From contig NC_042999.1 of assembly GCF_006345805.1 (NCBI RefSeq), forward strand, positions 67,766,001 to 67,830,000: a DNA stretch of 64,000 nucleotides, given 5' to 3'. Positions within the stretch are counted from its first letter, which is position 1. Each line of letters starts with the position of its first letter. Of this stretch, positions 1-11,618 are shown in pieces. The DNA comes from Octopus sinensis (taxonomy: Eukaryota). The translations under genes were made by a program, and so were the position numbers. Under the pieces are notes generated by a model, which was not told where the DNA came from, searched no databases, and saw only the letters and a list, made by a program, of their open reading frames with translations.

Positions 1-859
1 CTATGATGATTTGATGGTTTTGGTGAAGGTGATGGTAAGAGAAGTTAATAATTATTGTGATAATGATAGCTAAAGTGGTGATAATAATGAGGATAATGGG
101 TTCTGGGAGGATATTTAAAGTGATGATGATGATGATGATGATGATGAATGTAATGGTAGTGGTGATGATGTGGATGATAATGGTGTTTATATTGATGTCA
201 ACATGATATCTCATATAAATCTTGTGATAACATTCATATCTCTTCCTTTTCCAAGGCCCTTCATTACTTCACATGCCACAATCTATATCTATTTATTTGT
301 GTGTGTGTGTGTGCGTGTGCGCGTATACATAGACATTAAAGGTGACTAATTACAAGAATGAAGTCCCAGACATCACTCAGAAAATCTGTGCCAAAGTTAG
401 TTCCCTCCTCCTGTATACTTGAACCGTTTTAAAAGGTTTTATGCCTGTCTAACTCTGAAGACACTGTTTCCACTGTGTATATAAAGCTGGAAAGGGTTTA
501 CAAAGCAATACAAATCAAAGGTTATAAGTTAAATAGTAAAAATAGAAACAACACGAAAATATGTTTAAAGATTCCTTTTATATTTGTTACATTGAGTGGC
601 TTTTATAAAATATTACCAGGTTCAATGTACATGTCCATCTTATCAAATATCAAAAATTCAAAGTCAAAATTAGGAAGTAAAAAAGAATTAGGAAATAAGA
701 AATAAATTAGAAATTAAAAACAGTTCGTTATCATATTCTGTGTGCAGTTAAGAACGCATCGAATCTAGTAATATTTTACAAAAGTCATTTAATGGAAAAA
801 ATATAAAACAATCTATAAACATACTTTCGTGCTCCTTCCACCTTTACTTTTTAACTATG

Positions 860-1083
860 CAGTAATCCCTTGCCATATCGTGGTTCACCGATCACAGTTT
901 ATTATTTAAGCTTACACCGATTCATCTGTGGTGTCGTTTTGCATTTATAATAAAATAAATGTATACAAATTATGAAAATAAGTTTTTAAAAATATACAGT
1001 ACAGTACTGTTTCTACTTCGTGGGTTTTCACCTATCATGGGGTGTTTTGGAGTGTAACACCTATGATACTCAAGGGGTTACTG
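860..1083. mobile_element. Tigger/pogo-like MITE (non-autonomous DNA transposon)
   Basis: Terminal inverted repeats CAGTAATCCCT / AGGGGTTACTG, TA at right flank, no ORF. Confidence 0.6.
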
Positions 1084-1127
1084 TATATACATACACACAC
1101 ACATATATATATCACATATATATATAT

Positions 1128-1158
<31 letters not shown>

Positions 1159-1392
1159 CACACACTGAGGACAGGTAGCCACCCAGAAACTCGAGTCTGT
1201 GTGTATCACGTAAAGCTAGAGATGGGAGCGATGACCTCCCCTCGCAAATACTAATCGGTCACAGAATGTGTGTCATTAGACAGCTGGAGGAGATGTCTTC
1301 TTGGGGCTATAAACATCAGTAGCACTGTCCTGTATAGGACACCACAATTAGTTGGCAAATATATGTTACACCATATATATATATATATATAT

Positions 1393-1637
1393 CATCATCA
1401 TCATCATCATCGTTTAACATCCGTTTTCCGCGCTAGCACGGGTTGGACGGTTTCGACCGGGGTCTGGGGAGCTAGGGACTGCCCCAGGCTCCAGTCTAGT
1501 CTGGCAGTGTTTCTACAGCTGGATGCCCTTCCTAACGCCAACCACTCCGCGAGTGTAGTGGGTGTTTTTTACGTGCCACCTGCACAGGTGCCAGAGGGGT
1601 CTGGCATCGGCCACGTTCGGATGGTGCTTTTTATGTG
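1393..1637 (-). mobile_element. Family D short retroposon (RTE-like (ATG)n tail)
   Basis: (CAT)n-CGTTTAAC...CTACAGCTGGATGCCCTTCCTAACGCCAACCACTCC motif shared with more than 12 copies in the window. Confidence 0.8.
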
Positions 1638-1768
1638 GGGGGGGTGCAGAAATATATAGGGGAGCACCAGTGGGGAGGGGTGGTTCAGAGAAATGATGAC
1701 AGGTTCTAGGCAAGTAGAACGTAGGATATCAAGAGAGGGGTAATGCATGGTGAAATAGCGTATTGAAG

Positions 1769-2096
1769 GTGAGGGCGCGTGGCTTAGTGGTTAGGGCATT
1801 CGGCTCATGATCGTAAGGTTGTGAGTTCGATTCCCGGCGACGCGTTGTGTCCTTGAGCAAGACACTTTATTTCACGTTGCTCCAGTCCACTCAGCTGGCA
1901 AAAATGAGTTGTACTTGTATTTCAAAGGGTCAGCCTTGTCACTCTCTGTGTCACGCTGATTATCCCCGAGAACTACGTTAAGGGTACACGTGTCTGTGGA
2001 ATGCTCAGCCATTTGCACGTTAATTTCACGAGCAAGCTGTTCCGTTGATCGTATCAGCTGGGACCCTCGTCGTCGTAACCGGCGGAGTCTTCCATA
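1769..2096 (+). mobile_element. Family B tRNA-derived SINE, full length
   Basis: A box TGGCTTAGTGG, B box GTTCGATTC, core TGTGTCCTTGAGCAAGACAC; 12-bp TSD AGCGTATTGAAG at 1757-1768 and 2097-2108. Confidence 0.9.
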
Positions 2097-2437
2097 AGCG
2101 TATTGAAGAGGGGGGTTCCAAGAGTAGACACCTATAATGGTGGTGGGAGAAGCGACATCCGGTATAGATGGAGCAAAAATATAGAGATATCCAGTATTGG
2201 GGGTGGGGGTGGGCAAGGGCGGGTGCACCGGGAATATGCGAAGGTTGAACTGACGGGCTGGCTTAAAAATGCTCTTAGCAATGGAAGGGGGGAAAGGAAG
2301 AGGGGGGGATGGCAGACAACGTAAAAGAGGGAGAGAGAGAAGGGAATAGTGGAACCCCGCGAAAATGGGCCGCCATTGAAAAAAAAACCCCTGTATGGAG
2401 AAATAATATGCAATACGAGGCGAAGCTGAAAATAGTA

Positions 2438-2468
<31 letters not shown>

Positions 2469-2501
2469 GCAAACTTTCGACCGAGGATCAAAGGGACAAT
2501 A

Positions 2502-2544
<43 letters not shown>

Positions 2545-2756
2545 ATCTTTTCTGCTATAGGTACAAGGCCTGAAATTTGGGGGTAGGGGTTAAGTCGTTT
2601 ACATCGACCCCAGTGTTCAACTGGTACTTAATTTATTGACCCTGAAAAGATGAAAGCAAAGTCGACCTCAGAATTTGAACTCAGAATGTAGCGATGAGCA
2701 AAATACTACTTAGCATTTTGTCCGGCATGCTAATGGTTCTGCCAGCTCACTGCCTT
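2545..2756 (-). mobile_element. Family C tRNA-derived SINE (MetaSINE-like central domain)
   Basis: Reverse complement of the family C consensus GAGCTGGCAGAA...GAGTTCAAATT...GTCGACTTTGCCTTTCATCC...AAGTACCAG seen in other copies. Confidence 0.75.
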
Positions 2757-2766
2757 AATAATAATA

Positions 2767-2809
<43 letters not shown>

Positions 2810-3088
2810 CATGGCCAGTCAGGCGGTACTGGCAACGGTCACACTCAAATGGTAAAAAAACACCATTTGAGCATGGCTATTGCCAGTATTGCATGACTGT
2901 CCCTCATGCCAGTGGCACATAAAAGCACCCACTACACTCTCGGAGTGGTTGGCATTAGGAAGGGCATCCAGCTGTAGAAACTCTGCCAGATCAAGATTGG
3001 AGCCTGGTGCAGCCATCTGGTTCGCCAGTCCTCAGTCAAATCATCCAACCCATGCAAGCATGGAAAGCGGATGTTAAACGATGATGAT
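2810..3088 (+). mobile_element. Family D short retroposon
   Basis: AAAAGCACCCACTACACTCTCGGAGTGGTTGGCATTAGGAAGGGCATCCAGCTG ending in (GAT)n. Confidence 0.8.
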
Positions 3089-3496
3089 ATATTCAGTTGC
3101 AGGGTTTGTAGAATCTAGGTATTTCGATGTGTAGGATATCAGGAGAAACCAGGAACCAGTCTTGCAATATTCAGTTGTCATTTGCTGGTTGTGTACTGCA
3201 AGTATGTACATACACATGTACACACCTATCCAAATATAAGTACACAGACAAGTGTATATTTACATATATAGGTACCCGATTCAATACAAAATGTAGAGCC
3301 ACCCTAAGGGTGGTTCTAAGAGTTCTTCTTTTATATACAGTCTTTTCTTTTATCCTTTTACTTGTTTCAGACATTAGCCTGTGGTTATGCTGGGGCACCA
3401 CCATCTTGAAGAATTTTTACTCGAACGAATTGACCCCTACATAAAATACATACCATCACATACTAAGAAGTGAAGAAAGAAAGACATATGTATAGT

Positions 3497-3712
3497 CACA
3501 GGCTTGGCTGTGTGGTAAGAAGCTTGCTTCCCAGCCACATGGTTCAGAGTTCAGTCCCACTGCATGGCACCTTGGGCAAGTGTCTTCTAGCTCCACACAT
3601 CTTGCAGCTCACCTGTGATGGACCGGCATCCCATCCAGGTGGGGAACCTATACTCCAAGGAAACCGGGAAACTGGTCCTTATGAGTCAGGCATGGCTCGA
3701 GAAGGAACAAAC
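3497..3712 (+). mobile_element. Chimeric SINE: family A head plus a tail shared with the family B copy at 35525
   Basis: Head GGCTGTGTGGTAAG...GGCACCTTGGGCAAGTG, then TGATGGACCGGCATCCCATCCAGGTGGGGAA...GCATGGCTCGAGAA, also present at 35675-35766. Confidence 0.6.
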
Positions 3713-3899
3713 ATCTATATACATACAGATAGATAGACAGACAGACAGACAGATAGTCCATAAGCTTTAACAACAAAATCTTATGTGGAATTCCCCCCAC
3801 AAGAATCATATGGACTCATAGTTAAAAAGTAAAGTGGAAGCAGCACAAAAGTATGTTTATAGATTGTTTTATATTTTTTCCATTAAATGACTTTTATAA

Positions 3900-4184
3900 A
3901 AGCTTTGCAAGTGGATTTGGTAGATGGAAACTGAAAGAAGCCCATCATATATTTATGTATCTATGTGTGTGTGTGTCATTGTGTCTGTATTTGTCTCTTA
4001 CCATCGCTTGACAACCGGTGTTGGTGTGTTTGCATCCCCATAACTTAGCAGTTTGGCAAAAAAAACTGATAGAATAAGAACAAGGCTTAAAAAATAAGTA
4101 CTGGAGTTGATTCATTTGACTAAAAATCTAAGGTGGTGCCCCAAAATGGCCACAGTCTAATGATTGAAACAAGTAAACGATAAA

Positions 4185-4187
<3 letters not shown>
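3900..4187 (+). mobile_element. Family A SINE, 3' part
   Basis: GTGGATTTGGTAGATGGAAACTGAAAGAAGCCC, internal microsatellite, tail GAAACAAGTAAA. Confidence 0.8.
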
Positions 4188-4216
<29 letters not shown>

Positions 4217-4222
<6 letters not shown>

Positions 4223-4525
4223 TTATAATTACGAGTATAATTATAATTAGGCTTCAGCAAAGATTTGCTTTACCACATACTGAAGTTTAGAAATAGCAGC
4301 CAAAGAACCTTTGTTATTTCTTTTGTTTTGTCCGGGAGTCTCTTCTTATAGTAGAAGAAATAGCTAAGGTTCTTTGGCTGCTATTTCTAAACTTCGGTAT
4401 GTGGTAAAGCAAATCTTTGCCGAACCCTAATTATAATTATACTCGCAATTATAAAATATTGTTTTTCATGCCGAATTCTACTTGGTGGAATTATTAATTA
4501 CTAGTTAATTAATTAATTTTACCCT
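4217..4525. mobile_element. Asymmetric fold-back element in (TA)n
   Basis: About 95-bp inverted arms (4217-4311 / 4367-4460) plus a one-sided extension; homologous to 34799-35053. Confidence 0.65.
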
Positions 4526-4574
4526 TTATTATTATTGTTATATATATATATATATACATATGTGTGTAGATAGA

Positions 4575-4605
<31 letters not shown>

Positions 4606-4689
4606 GTATATAGATACACATGTAGATAGAAAGGTAGACAGACAAACAAACAAAGAGTTACTTGGTAATATAGACTAAATCAAAGACTT

Positions 4690-4875
4690 TCAATTGGAAT
4701 CTCCCAGTCACATTCATCTACTTGGAGTCTTTAATCAATGAAAATATAATATGCAGCATAGAGACAAAGAGACAAACTGAAATAGCAACAGCACGACTGA
4801 GAAAGATGAATAAGATTTGGAACAGCGATAACATTACAAAGAGTAACAAGTCTAGGCTAATACAATCTTTGGTAA
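4690..4875 (+). pseudogene. RTE-clade LINE reverse-transcriptase fragment
   Basis: Manual translation FIYLESLINENIICSIETKRQTEIATARLRKMNKIWNSDNITKSNKSRLIQSLV matches the RTE FxYLGS...EIKRRI...KIW...TKxRL segment. Confidence 0.65.
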
Positions 4876-5052
4876 CTAATTGTATTGTAAGGACGTCTTA
4901 AGATTGGATTAGTGGTTCTCAACCAAATCATTCTATATGGATTCTCAAAAGCCCATATGATTCTTGGGGGAAGGGGGTGGATCCACATAAGATTTTGTTG
5001 TAAAAGCTTATGGACTATCTGTCTGTCTGTCTATCTATCTGTATATATATAT

Positions 5053-5286
5053 GTTTCTTTATTACCCACAAGGGGCTAAATATAGAGGGGACAAACAAGG
5101 ACAGACAAATGAATTAAGTCGATTACATTGACCCCAGTGTGTAACTGGTACTAAATTTAATTGACCCCGAAAGGATGAAAGGCAAAGTCGACCTCGGCGG
5201 AATTTGAACTCAGAACATAACGCCAGACGAAATATGGCTATGCATTTCGCCCGACGTGCTAACGTTTCTGCCAGCTTGCTGCCTTA
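5053..5286 (-). mobile_element. Family C SINE, full length
   Basis: Near-identical to 21143-21376, 22795-23020 and the reverse complement of 38357-38590. Confidence 0.85.
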
Positions 5287-5451
5287 CATACATACATAAC
5301 AAATGATTGTGATATCTTGAACAATAAAAATCTGCGAGACTTTAAAATTTAAAGGAGGATGAATGAAACAAGATACTTTCATTCACAGTCTTGCTAATAA
5401 GCAAGTGGCTGTTCAAAAATTAGCTCTAAATTAAAAATAGAAAAAGAAAAC

Positions 5452-5842
5452 ATGGTAAGTAGCTTGCTTACCAACCACATGGTTCTGGGTTCAGTCCCAC
5501 TGTGTGGCACCTTGGGCAAGTGTCTGCTACTATAGCCTTGGGGTGACCAAAGCCTTGTGAGTGGATTTGGTAGACGGAAACTGAAAGAAGCCCGTTGTAT
5601 ATATGTATATATATGTATGTGTGTGTATATGTTTGTGTGTCTGTGTTTGTCTCCCAACATCACTTGACAACCGATGCTGGTGTGTTTATTTCCCCGTAAC
5701 TTAGCGGTTCAGCAAAAGAGACCGATAAAATAAGTACTAGGCTTACAAAGAATAAGTCCTGGGGTCGATGTCTTCGACTAAAAGGCGGTGTTCCAGCATG
5801 GCCACAGTCAAATGACTGAAACAAGTAAAAGAGTAAAAGAGT
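5452..5842 (+). mobile_element. Family A tRNA-derived CORE-like SINE
   Basis: tRNA-like head (GGTTCAGTCCC B box), CORE-like GGCACCTTGGGCAAGT, central (TA/TG)n, tail AAGTAAAAGAGTAAAAGAGT. Confidence 0.85.
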
Positions 5843-6523
5843 ATAAATGCATACATACATCCATACATAAACACACATACACAACTGTCTTGTTGATGTT
5901 GTTGAAATTCCAACGAAGAGGTATTGGAGCTAGACTGGAAACTGGCCCTTTTCCCCATTGGAAAGGAATCTAGAAATAAACTTAATAATAGCATGCATGT
6001 CTACATACATACATACATACATACATACATACAGACAGACAGACAGACAGACACATTATATGCATGCATTCATAAATAAATATTCAGTTGGAAAACAAAT
6101 GAGAAAAAAAGTATTCAATACATGTAATAGAGTATATTCATTCATATGACTTAAATTATTGTGTGTGTGTGTGTGTACGGAGAGAGAGAGAGACTAATAA
6201 TGATGTTAATAAAAATAAGAATAATATGCATGTGTGTGTGTGTGTGTGTGTGTGTGCGTGCGTGCACGTCTATGTATGTAATACAGAAAAAACAAAAATT
6301 TACAAAGGCAAAAAAGAATATCTCGCATTCATTGAATGAGATGTCTGGCCAAGAAATAATGGTAATGCTGATGATAAGTAAACCATTTATGTAGAAAATG
6401 TTTATAGAAAGCAGATGGTGAAACGATAGATGGGTGGGTGGGTGGGTCGATGGGTACTTGGAAGTAGAGGTGTGTGTGTCTACGTGCATGTATATGTGTG
6501 TGTGTGTGCGTGTGCTTGAATGT

Positions 6524-6555
<32 letters not shown>

Positions 6556-8584
6556 ATGAATGTATGTATAGATGTATGAGTGGGGAGAGAGGGTGGTGGT
6601 GGTGGTGGTGATGGTGCAAGGAGGGGATGTCAGCAGAGAAGAACAGCTGTCAAGAGTCCTGCATCTGTGTCAGGAGTCAAGTAAGAACTGTTTGATGTTG
6701 CTTTTACAGTTTTATTAAGGATCTTTTTTTAAATGCTGAACGAAAATGGCCTTTCCTCCTCCTCCTACCCATCCCCCTTCTTGTTTTATCGTTTTCGTTT
6801 TTTTTTGTGTTTTTTTCCCCCCTATATGTTTTCCTCCCCCCCCCACACACACTATCTGTCTATCTTTGTTATTTTGCTTTCTTTCCTTTCTGCCCTCATG
6901 TGTCTCTCTTTCTTTTTTGCCCCTCTACTTGGCTTTCTATTTTTCTCTACCTTTATTCATCTTATGTCCTCATATTTGTCAGCCACTTTATCTTATAGTC
7001 TATCACTATCCATCCATCTATCTATCTATCTATCTATCTGTCTGTCTGTCTCTCTATCTGTGTCTCTATCTATCTGTGTCTATCTATCTATCTGTCTATC
7101 TATCTCTCTCTCTCTCTATCTATCTCTCTATCTGTCTGTCTCTATCTCTCTCTACTTATTTGTCTATCGGCATCTTTCTCTCTTCCCCACACATTTACTT
7201 ATTTATTTTATTTTATTTTATTTATTTATTGTCTGTTCCCATGAATGGAAAAGTTCAGCTGAGTTGAAAATAGAACAGAATCTCAGAATCTCTGGCACTG
7301 AGACACATATCTGCTTCTTAAGAACGGCCGTTATCCTATAATGGTGCCACATAAAAAGAACAAAAATACAACGAAAATAAAACAAAAACCATGGTAATTC
7401 CTCTTTAGGGAGAAATGGATTTATATTCTACAAGAATTGCAAAAATAAAACATCAATATTCAAACAGATTCTTCAAATTAAGATTTTTTTTTATACTTTT
7501 TTTTGTTTTCCTGATATTTTGTTCTGATATGTTTTCTTCCAAACTGAAAGCTTTTGCATTGATTGCTTTAGCTTTTATGAAGAATTTTTGAAGGATGGGG
7601 GGGAGGTGGTAGCATCAGTAGAGCACCGAACTAGATGTCTTAAGAATCAACAAGCAAACCTGTTTGTGGTCCTTTGACCTACTATATGCTAAAGATAGCA
7701 GCCAAAATCTTGTTCATATCAGTCCCAGCTTTTTACATTATGCTTTCAAATCTCCCCAAGGTCAAATTTGCTTTCATTTTTTTCGGTGTCCTTGAAATAA
7801 AATAACGCACCAGTCAAGTTCTAGGGTCAATGGAATCGCCTGACAACTTCCCTCAAAAATTGCTAGCCTTGTCCATAAATAAGGGACCATTATTATACAT
7901 TAGTGCATCTAGGACTACCTTATCTTAAGTGTCCTTCCAGTTTTAAGGTTGCAGTCATCTCTAAAATATCCCCAAGGAAGGATACTTTAGATAGGGTAGT
8001 CCTACATTCGCTAATATGTAATGATGCTTTATAATTCTGACACAGGCTGCCAGTTTTGAGGGAAAGTGTAACTTGATACCATCAACTCTAGTACTTGACT
8101 GGCATTTTATTTTATGGACCCTGAAAGCAAAAAAACCAAAGCTAACCTCTGCGGGATTTGAACTCAGAACATAGAGAACTGGAACAAATTTGTTGAGGGA
8201 AGGGGTAGTCAGTAACATTTGTAGAGCACAGACTAAGTGTCTTAAGAATCAACAAGCAAGCCTGAATGTAGTTATTCAACCTACTAGATTTCTTTAAAAT
8301 AGTAACCAAAATTTCACACCACTCATTACAGTCTTAAAAAGAAACATACTCTAGATCAGGGGTTCTCAACCACTTTTTTTTTTAATCAATGGACCCCTTT
8401 GATTAGTATTTTATTCTGGTGGACCCTATAGCTATTCAATGTTTAAAAATTAGTTTTATAGAAACTTCTTTCAAAATTCCTATTTTGTTTTTCACACATT
8501 CACTTGTGTGGGTTGAACTATGTCAAATGTTAAAAAAGAAACCTAGCTGTTCCTTGCAATAAATACCACAACCTAAAGTAAAAA

Positions 8585-8878
8585 CTTTTCAGGGGCCCTT
8601 GGGCCTCACAGAGGCAATGACTGAGACCTTTGGCATTATATCGTGCTTGAGAAGAAGACCCATGAAACCAAGCAAAATCGCAGTCGTGGCAGATACTGGT
8701 GTCACACAAATGGCACCCATGCCGGTGGCATGTAAAAGCACCCACTACACTGTTGGAGGGGTTGGCGTTAGGAAGGGCATCCAGCTTTAGAAAACTATGC
8801 CAAATCAGACTGGAGTTTGGTGCAGCCTTCCAGCTTATCAGCCCTGTCAATCCATCCAAACCATGCCAGCATGGACAA
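8585..8878 (+). mobile_element. Family D short retroposon with extended 5' part
   Basis: GGTTGGCGTTAGGAAGGGCATCCAGC core and CCATGCCAGCATGGA end. Confidence 0.7.
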
Positions 8879-9343
8879 TAGAATAATTACTAGGCTTACA
8901 ATGAATAAGTCCTGGGTCAATTTGCTCCACTTAAGGTGGCCGCAGTCAAATGACTGAAACAAGTACAAGAGTACCCTTGTTGAGAACTACTGAATTAGCC
9001 CAACCACGATTGCAAGAGAAAACCTTCACCAAGGTGTCAGGTGATGGATTAAGTCTGCCACCCATGTAGGAAGCTATGACAGGATTTGAAATCTGAATGC
9101 AAACACAGCAAGGCACCTGGTCTGACATTTTTACAATCCTACCAACACACCACCCTGGACTGATCCTCCTTTTATAGACCCCCAAATACTCAAAGGCAAA
9201 GTTGACCCTGGCAGGATTTACTCATAGGTTCGTTTCTCAGGGCAGATTTGGGCCTAAAAATTAAAAAAAAAATACATAACAAAGCTGACGGCAATAACAA
9301 CAACAAAAACAACACTACCAGCAAGCTCCATATGTGTTTTTAA

Positions 9344-9559
9344 CCCTTTCACATTTAGATTATTCTACCAAATGCAGAGCTAATTTATTCACAATTTTAA
9401 ATTAACCATGCTTTATCTTGTAGCTTCAAGGTTTTAATGATGTGAATGATATTACTATGAGACCGACATTATAGGGTGGGTGTAAGAGGCTGGATTTGGT
9501 CAGTTTGAACATAAAACAGATAGAATATTTAGACTGGACATGGTTTAAAGGCTAAAGGG
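9344..9559. mobile_element. piggyBac-like MITE
   Basis: TTAA|CCCTTT...AAAGGG|TTAA termini; related in opposite orientation to 19915-20100. Confidence 0.65.
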
Positions 9560-9958
9560 TTAAATCAATCTGATCAATAATTTAAGTCGTTTATATCTTA
9601 TGATATGATTGATTACCAAAATGTCTTCAGGCATCATACTAAGACAGCTCCTCCCTCTCCTCATTAGTGGGTTGGCTCGGTTGAATGTAGTTTCACTTTC
9701 TTCGAAATGTTAATTATATTAATGGTGGAGGTGATGATGGCGATAATGATGATGTTGGTGATAACGAGGAAGATAATAAAAGTGACAACGAAGATCATAC
9801 TGATGATAATGAGAATAATATTAGTGCTAATGATGTTGATGGATGATAATAAGAATAACAATGATGATGATAAGGAACACTGAAGCACACAGCATCTTTC
9901 AATTGTTTAAAGGTGGAAAATGAAGAGTAACATTGACTGCACGTGTGTGTGTGTGTGT

Positions 9959-9994
<36 letters not shown>

Positions 9995-10107
9995 TGACCC
10001 TCCCTGCCATCACTTGACAACAAGCATTAGTGCATTTATGTTTCGATACTAATTTAATGGTTCAGCAAACGAGACCAATAGGATAAGTACTAGGCTTTAA
10101 AAAGAGT

Positions 10108-10615
10108 CATCATCATCATCATCATCGTTTAACATCCGCTTTCCATGTTAGCATGGGTTGGACGATTTTGACTGAGGGCTGGCGAACCAGATGGCTGCAC
10201 CAGGCTCCAATTTTGATTTGGTGGAGTTTCTACAGCTGGATGCCCTTCCTAACGCTAACCCCTCCGAGAGTGTAGTGGGTGCTTTTTACGTGCCACCAGC
10301 ACGGGGGCCAGTCGGACGGTACTGGCAATGACCTCGCTCGAATCTTTTTACACATGCCACCAGCACAGGTGCCAGTAAGGCGACGTTGGTAACGATCACG
10401 CTCGGATGGTGCTCTTGGCACCCTACTAGCATGGGCACAATTGCCAGTAAGGCGATGCTAGTATCGATCACACTCGAATGGTGCCTTTTATATGCCACTG
10501 GCACGGAAGCCGGTTAGCCGCTCTGTCAACGATCATGCTTGCATGGTGCTCTTTGCACCCCGCTAGTATAGATGCCAGTCATCAAATGTGATTTTGATTT
10601 TGATTTCACTTGCCT
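10108..10615 (-). mobile_element. Family D retroposon (multi-module subfamily) inserted in a family A SINE tail
   Basis: Colinear with 25808-26352; family A sequence lies at 9990-10105 and resumes at about 10775-10857. Confidence 0.8.
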
Positions 10616-10785
10616 CCAGGCTTAAAAAAGTACAAAGCTTAAAAAAAATGTACTGGGCTTTAAAAATGGTATAAAAAAGTACTGGGATTAAAAGAAGTAC
10701 CAGATTTTTAAAAGTACCAGGTTTTTAAAAAAAATACTGGGCTTAAAAAAGAAGTACCAGGATTTAAAAAAAAGTACTGGGCTTG
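10616..10785 (+). repeat. Degenerate tandem repeat of an AAAAAGTACTGGGCTT-like unit
   Basis: Roughly 8-9 imperfect copies of the AAGTACTAGGCTT motif of the family A tail. Confidence 0.7.
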
Positions 10786-10915
10786 ATTTGTTCACCTAAA
10801 ATTCTTCATGGCAATGCCCCAGTACGGCCACAATCTAATGACTGAAACAAGTAAAAGGTTCATTATTTACTTTATTTACAGTTGACGGATATTTGTCCTC
10901 ATCTTGTTTGTTGCT

Positions 10916-10961
10916 AATACAATATTTCGGCTGACATACTCTCCAGCCTTCTTCAGGTGTC
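10916..10961 (-). ncRNA. Minimal type I hammerhead ribozyme core
   Basis: Minus strand GACAC-CTGAAGA-A-GGCTG(loop)CAGCC-GAAA-TATT-GTATT: intact CUGANGA and GAAA boxes, 5-bp stem II, palindromic stem III. Confidence 0.6.
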
Positions 10962-11243
10962 TTGGGGAAATTTCGAACCTGGGTTCTCATTCCTAAGGTA
11001 TTTTTCAATGTTATTATTATTATCGAACTTGGAATCTTGGGGTTAGTAGCCCACACTCTTAACCGCCATGCCATATGGCTGTGGGTGTAGTGGTTAAGAG
11101 AGTGGGCTACTAACCCCAAGATTCCAAGTTCAATTTCAAGCAATGACCTCAACAACGACGACGACGCTGCTGCCGCCGCCGCCACCACCTCAACCATCAA
11201 AAAATACCTTAGGGATGAGAACCCAGGTTTGAAATTTCCCCAA

Positions 11244-11290
11244 GACACCTGATGAAGGCTGGAGGGTATATCAGCCAAAAACAATGTGTT
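11244..11290 (+). ncRNA. Minimal hammerhead ribozyme core, mutated
   Basis: GACAC-CTGATGA-A-GGCTG(loop)CAGCC-AAAAACAAT-GTGTT; GAAA box mutated to AAAA. Confidence 0.5.
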
Positions 11291-11578
11291 AACAACAAAC
11301 AAGATGAGGACAAATATCCATCTAATGTAAATAATGTACCTAATTCCTCATCTCTTAAATATAGAACTGTAAGTAAAAGGTTGTTCTTTATACTAGAGGC
11401 ACAAGGTCTTAAATTTTGGCGGGAAGGAGCTCGTTAATTACACTGACCCACCTCCCCATACTTGACTGGTGCTTATTTCATCTACTCTGAAAAGATGAAA
11501 GGTAAAGTTCACCTTGGCATTGTTATATGCAATGTTTTGAGTTTTCTTTTCTTATTTCTTCAGTTCATACAAAAAATC

Positions 11579-11618
<40 letters not shown>

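Larger units (their letters stand above)
10861..11370. mobile_element. Palindromic element: two divergent tRNA-like heads, each with a hammerhead-bearing Penelope-like tail
   Basis: Arms 10861-11073 and 11074-11336 are inverted copies; 12-bp TSD AAGTAAAAGGTT at 10849-10860 and 11371-11382. Confidence 0.8.

Noticed and set aside
1772-1845. tRNA genes at SINE heads (also 12371, 35525, 11077)
   Set aside because: No proper acceptor stem or T-run terminator; they continue into SINE bodies with TSDs.
6733-7341. 202-aa hydrophobic ORF resembling a membrane protein
   Set aside because: Pyrimidine-rich low-complexity and (TCTA/TCTG)n sequence.
10260-10570. Repeat/variable-spacer pattern resembling a CRISPR array (also 25970-26340, 28130-28350)
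   Set aside because: Internal modules of the family D retroposon; the repeats are degenerate, the spacers are related to each other, there are no cas genes and the context is eukaryotic.
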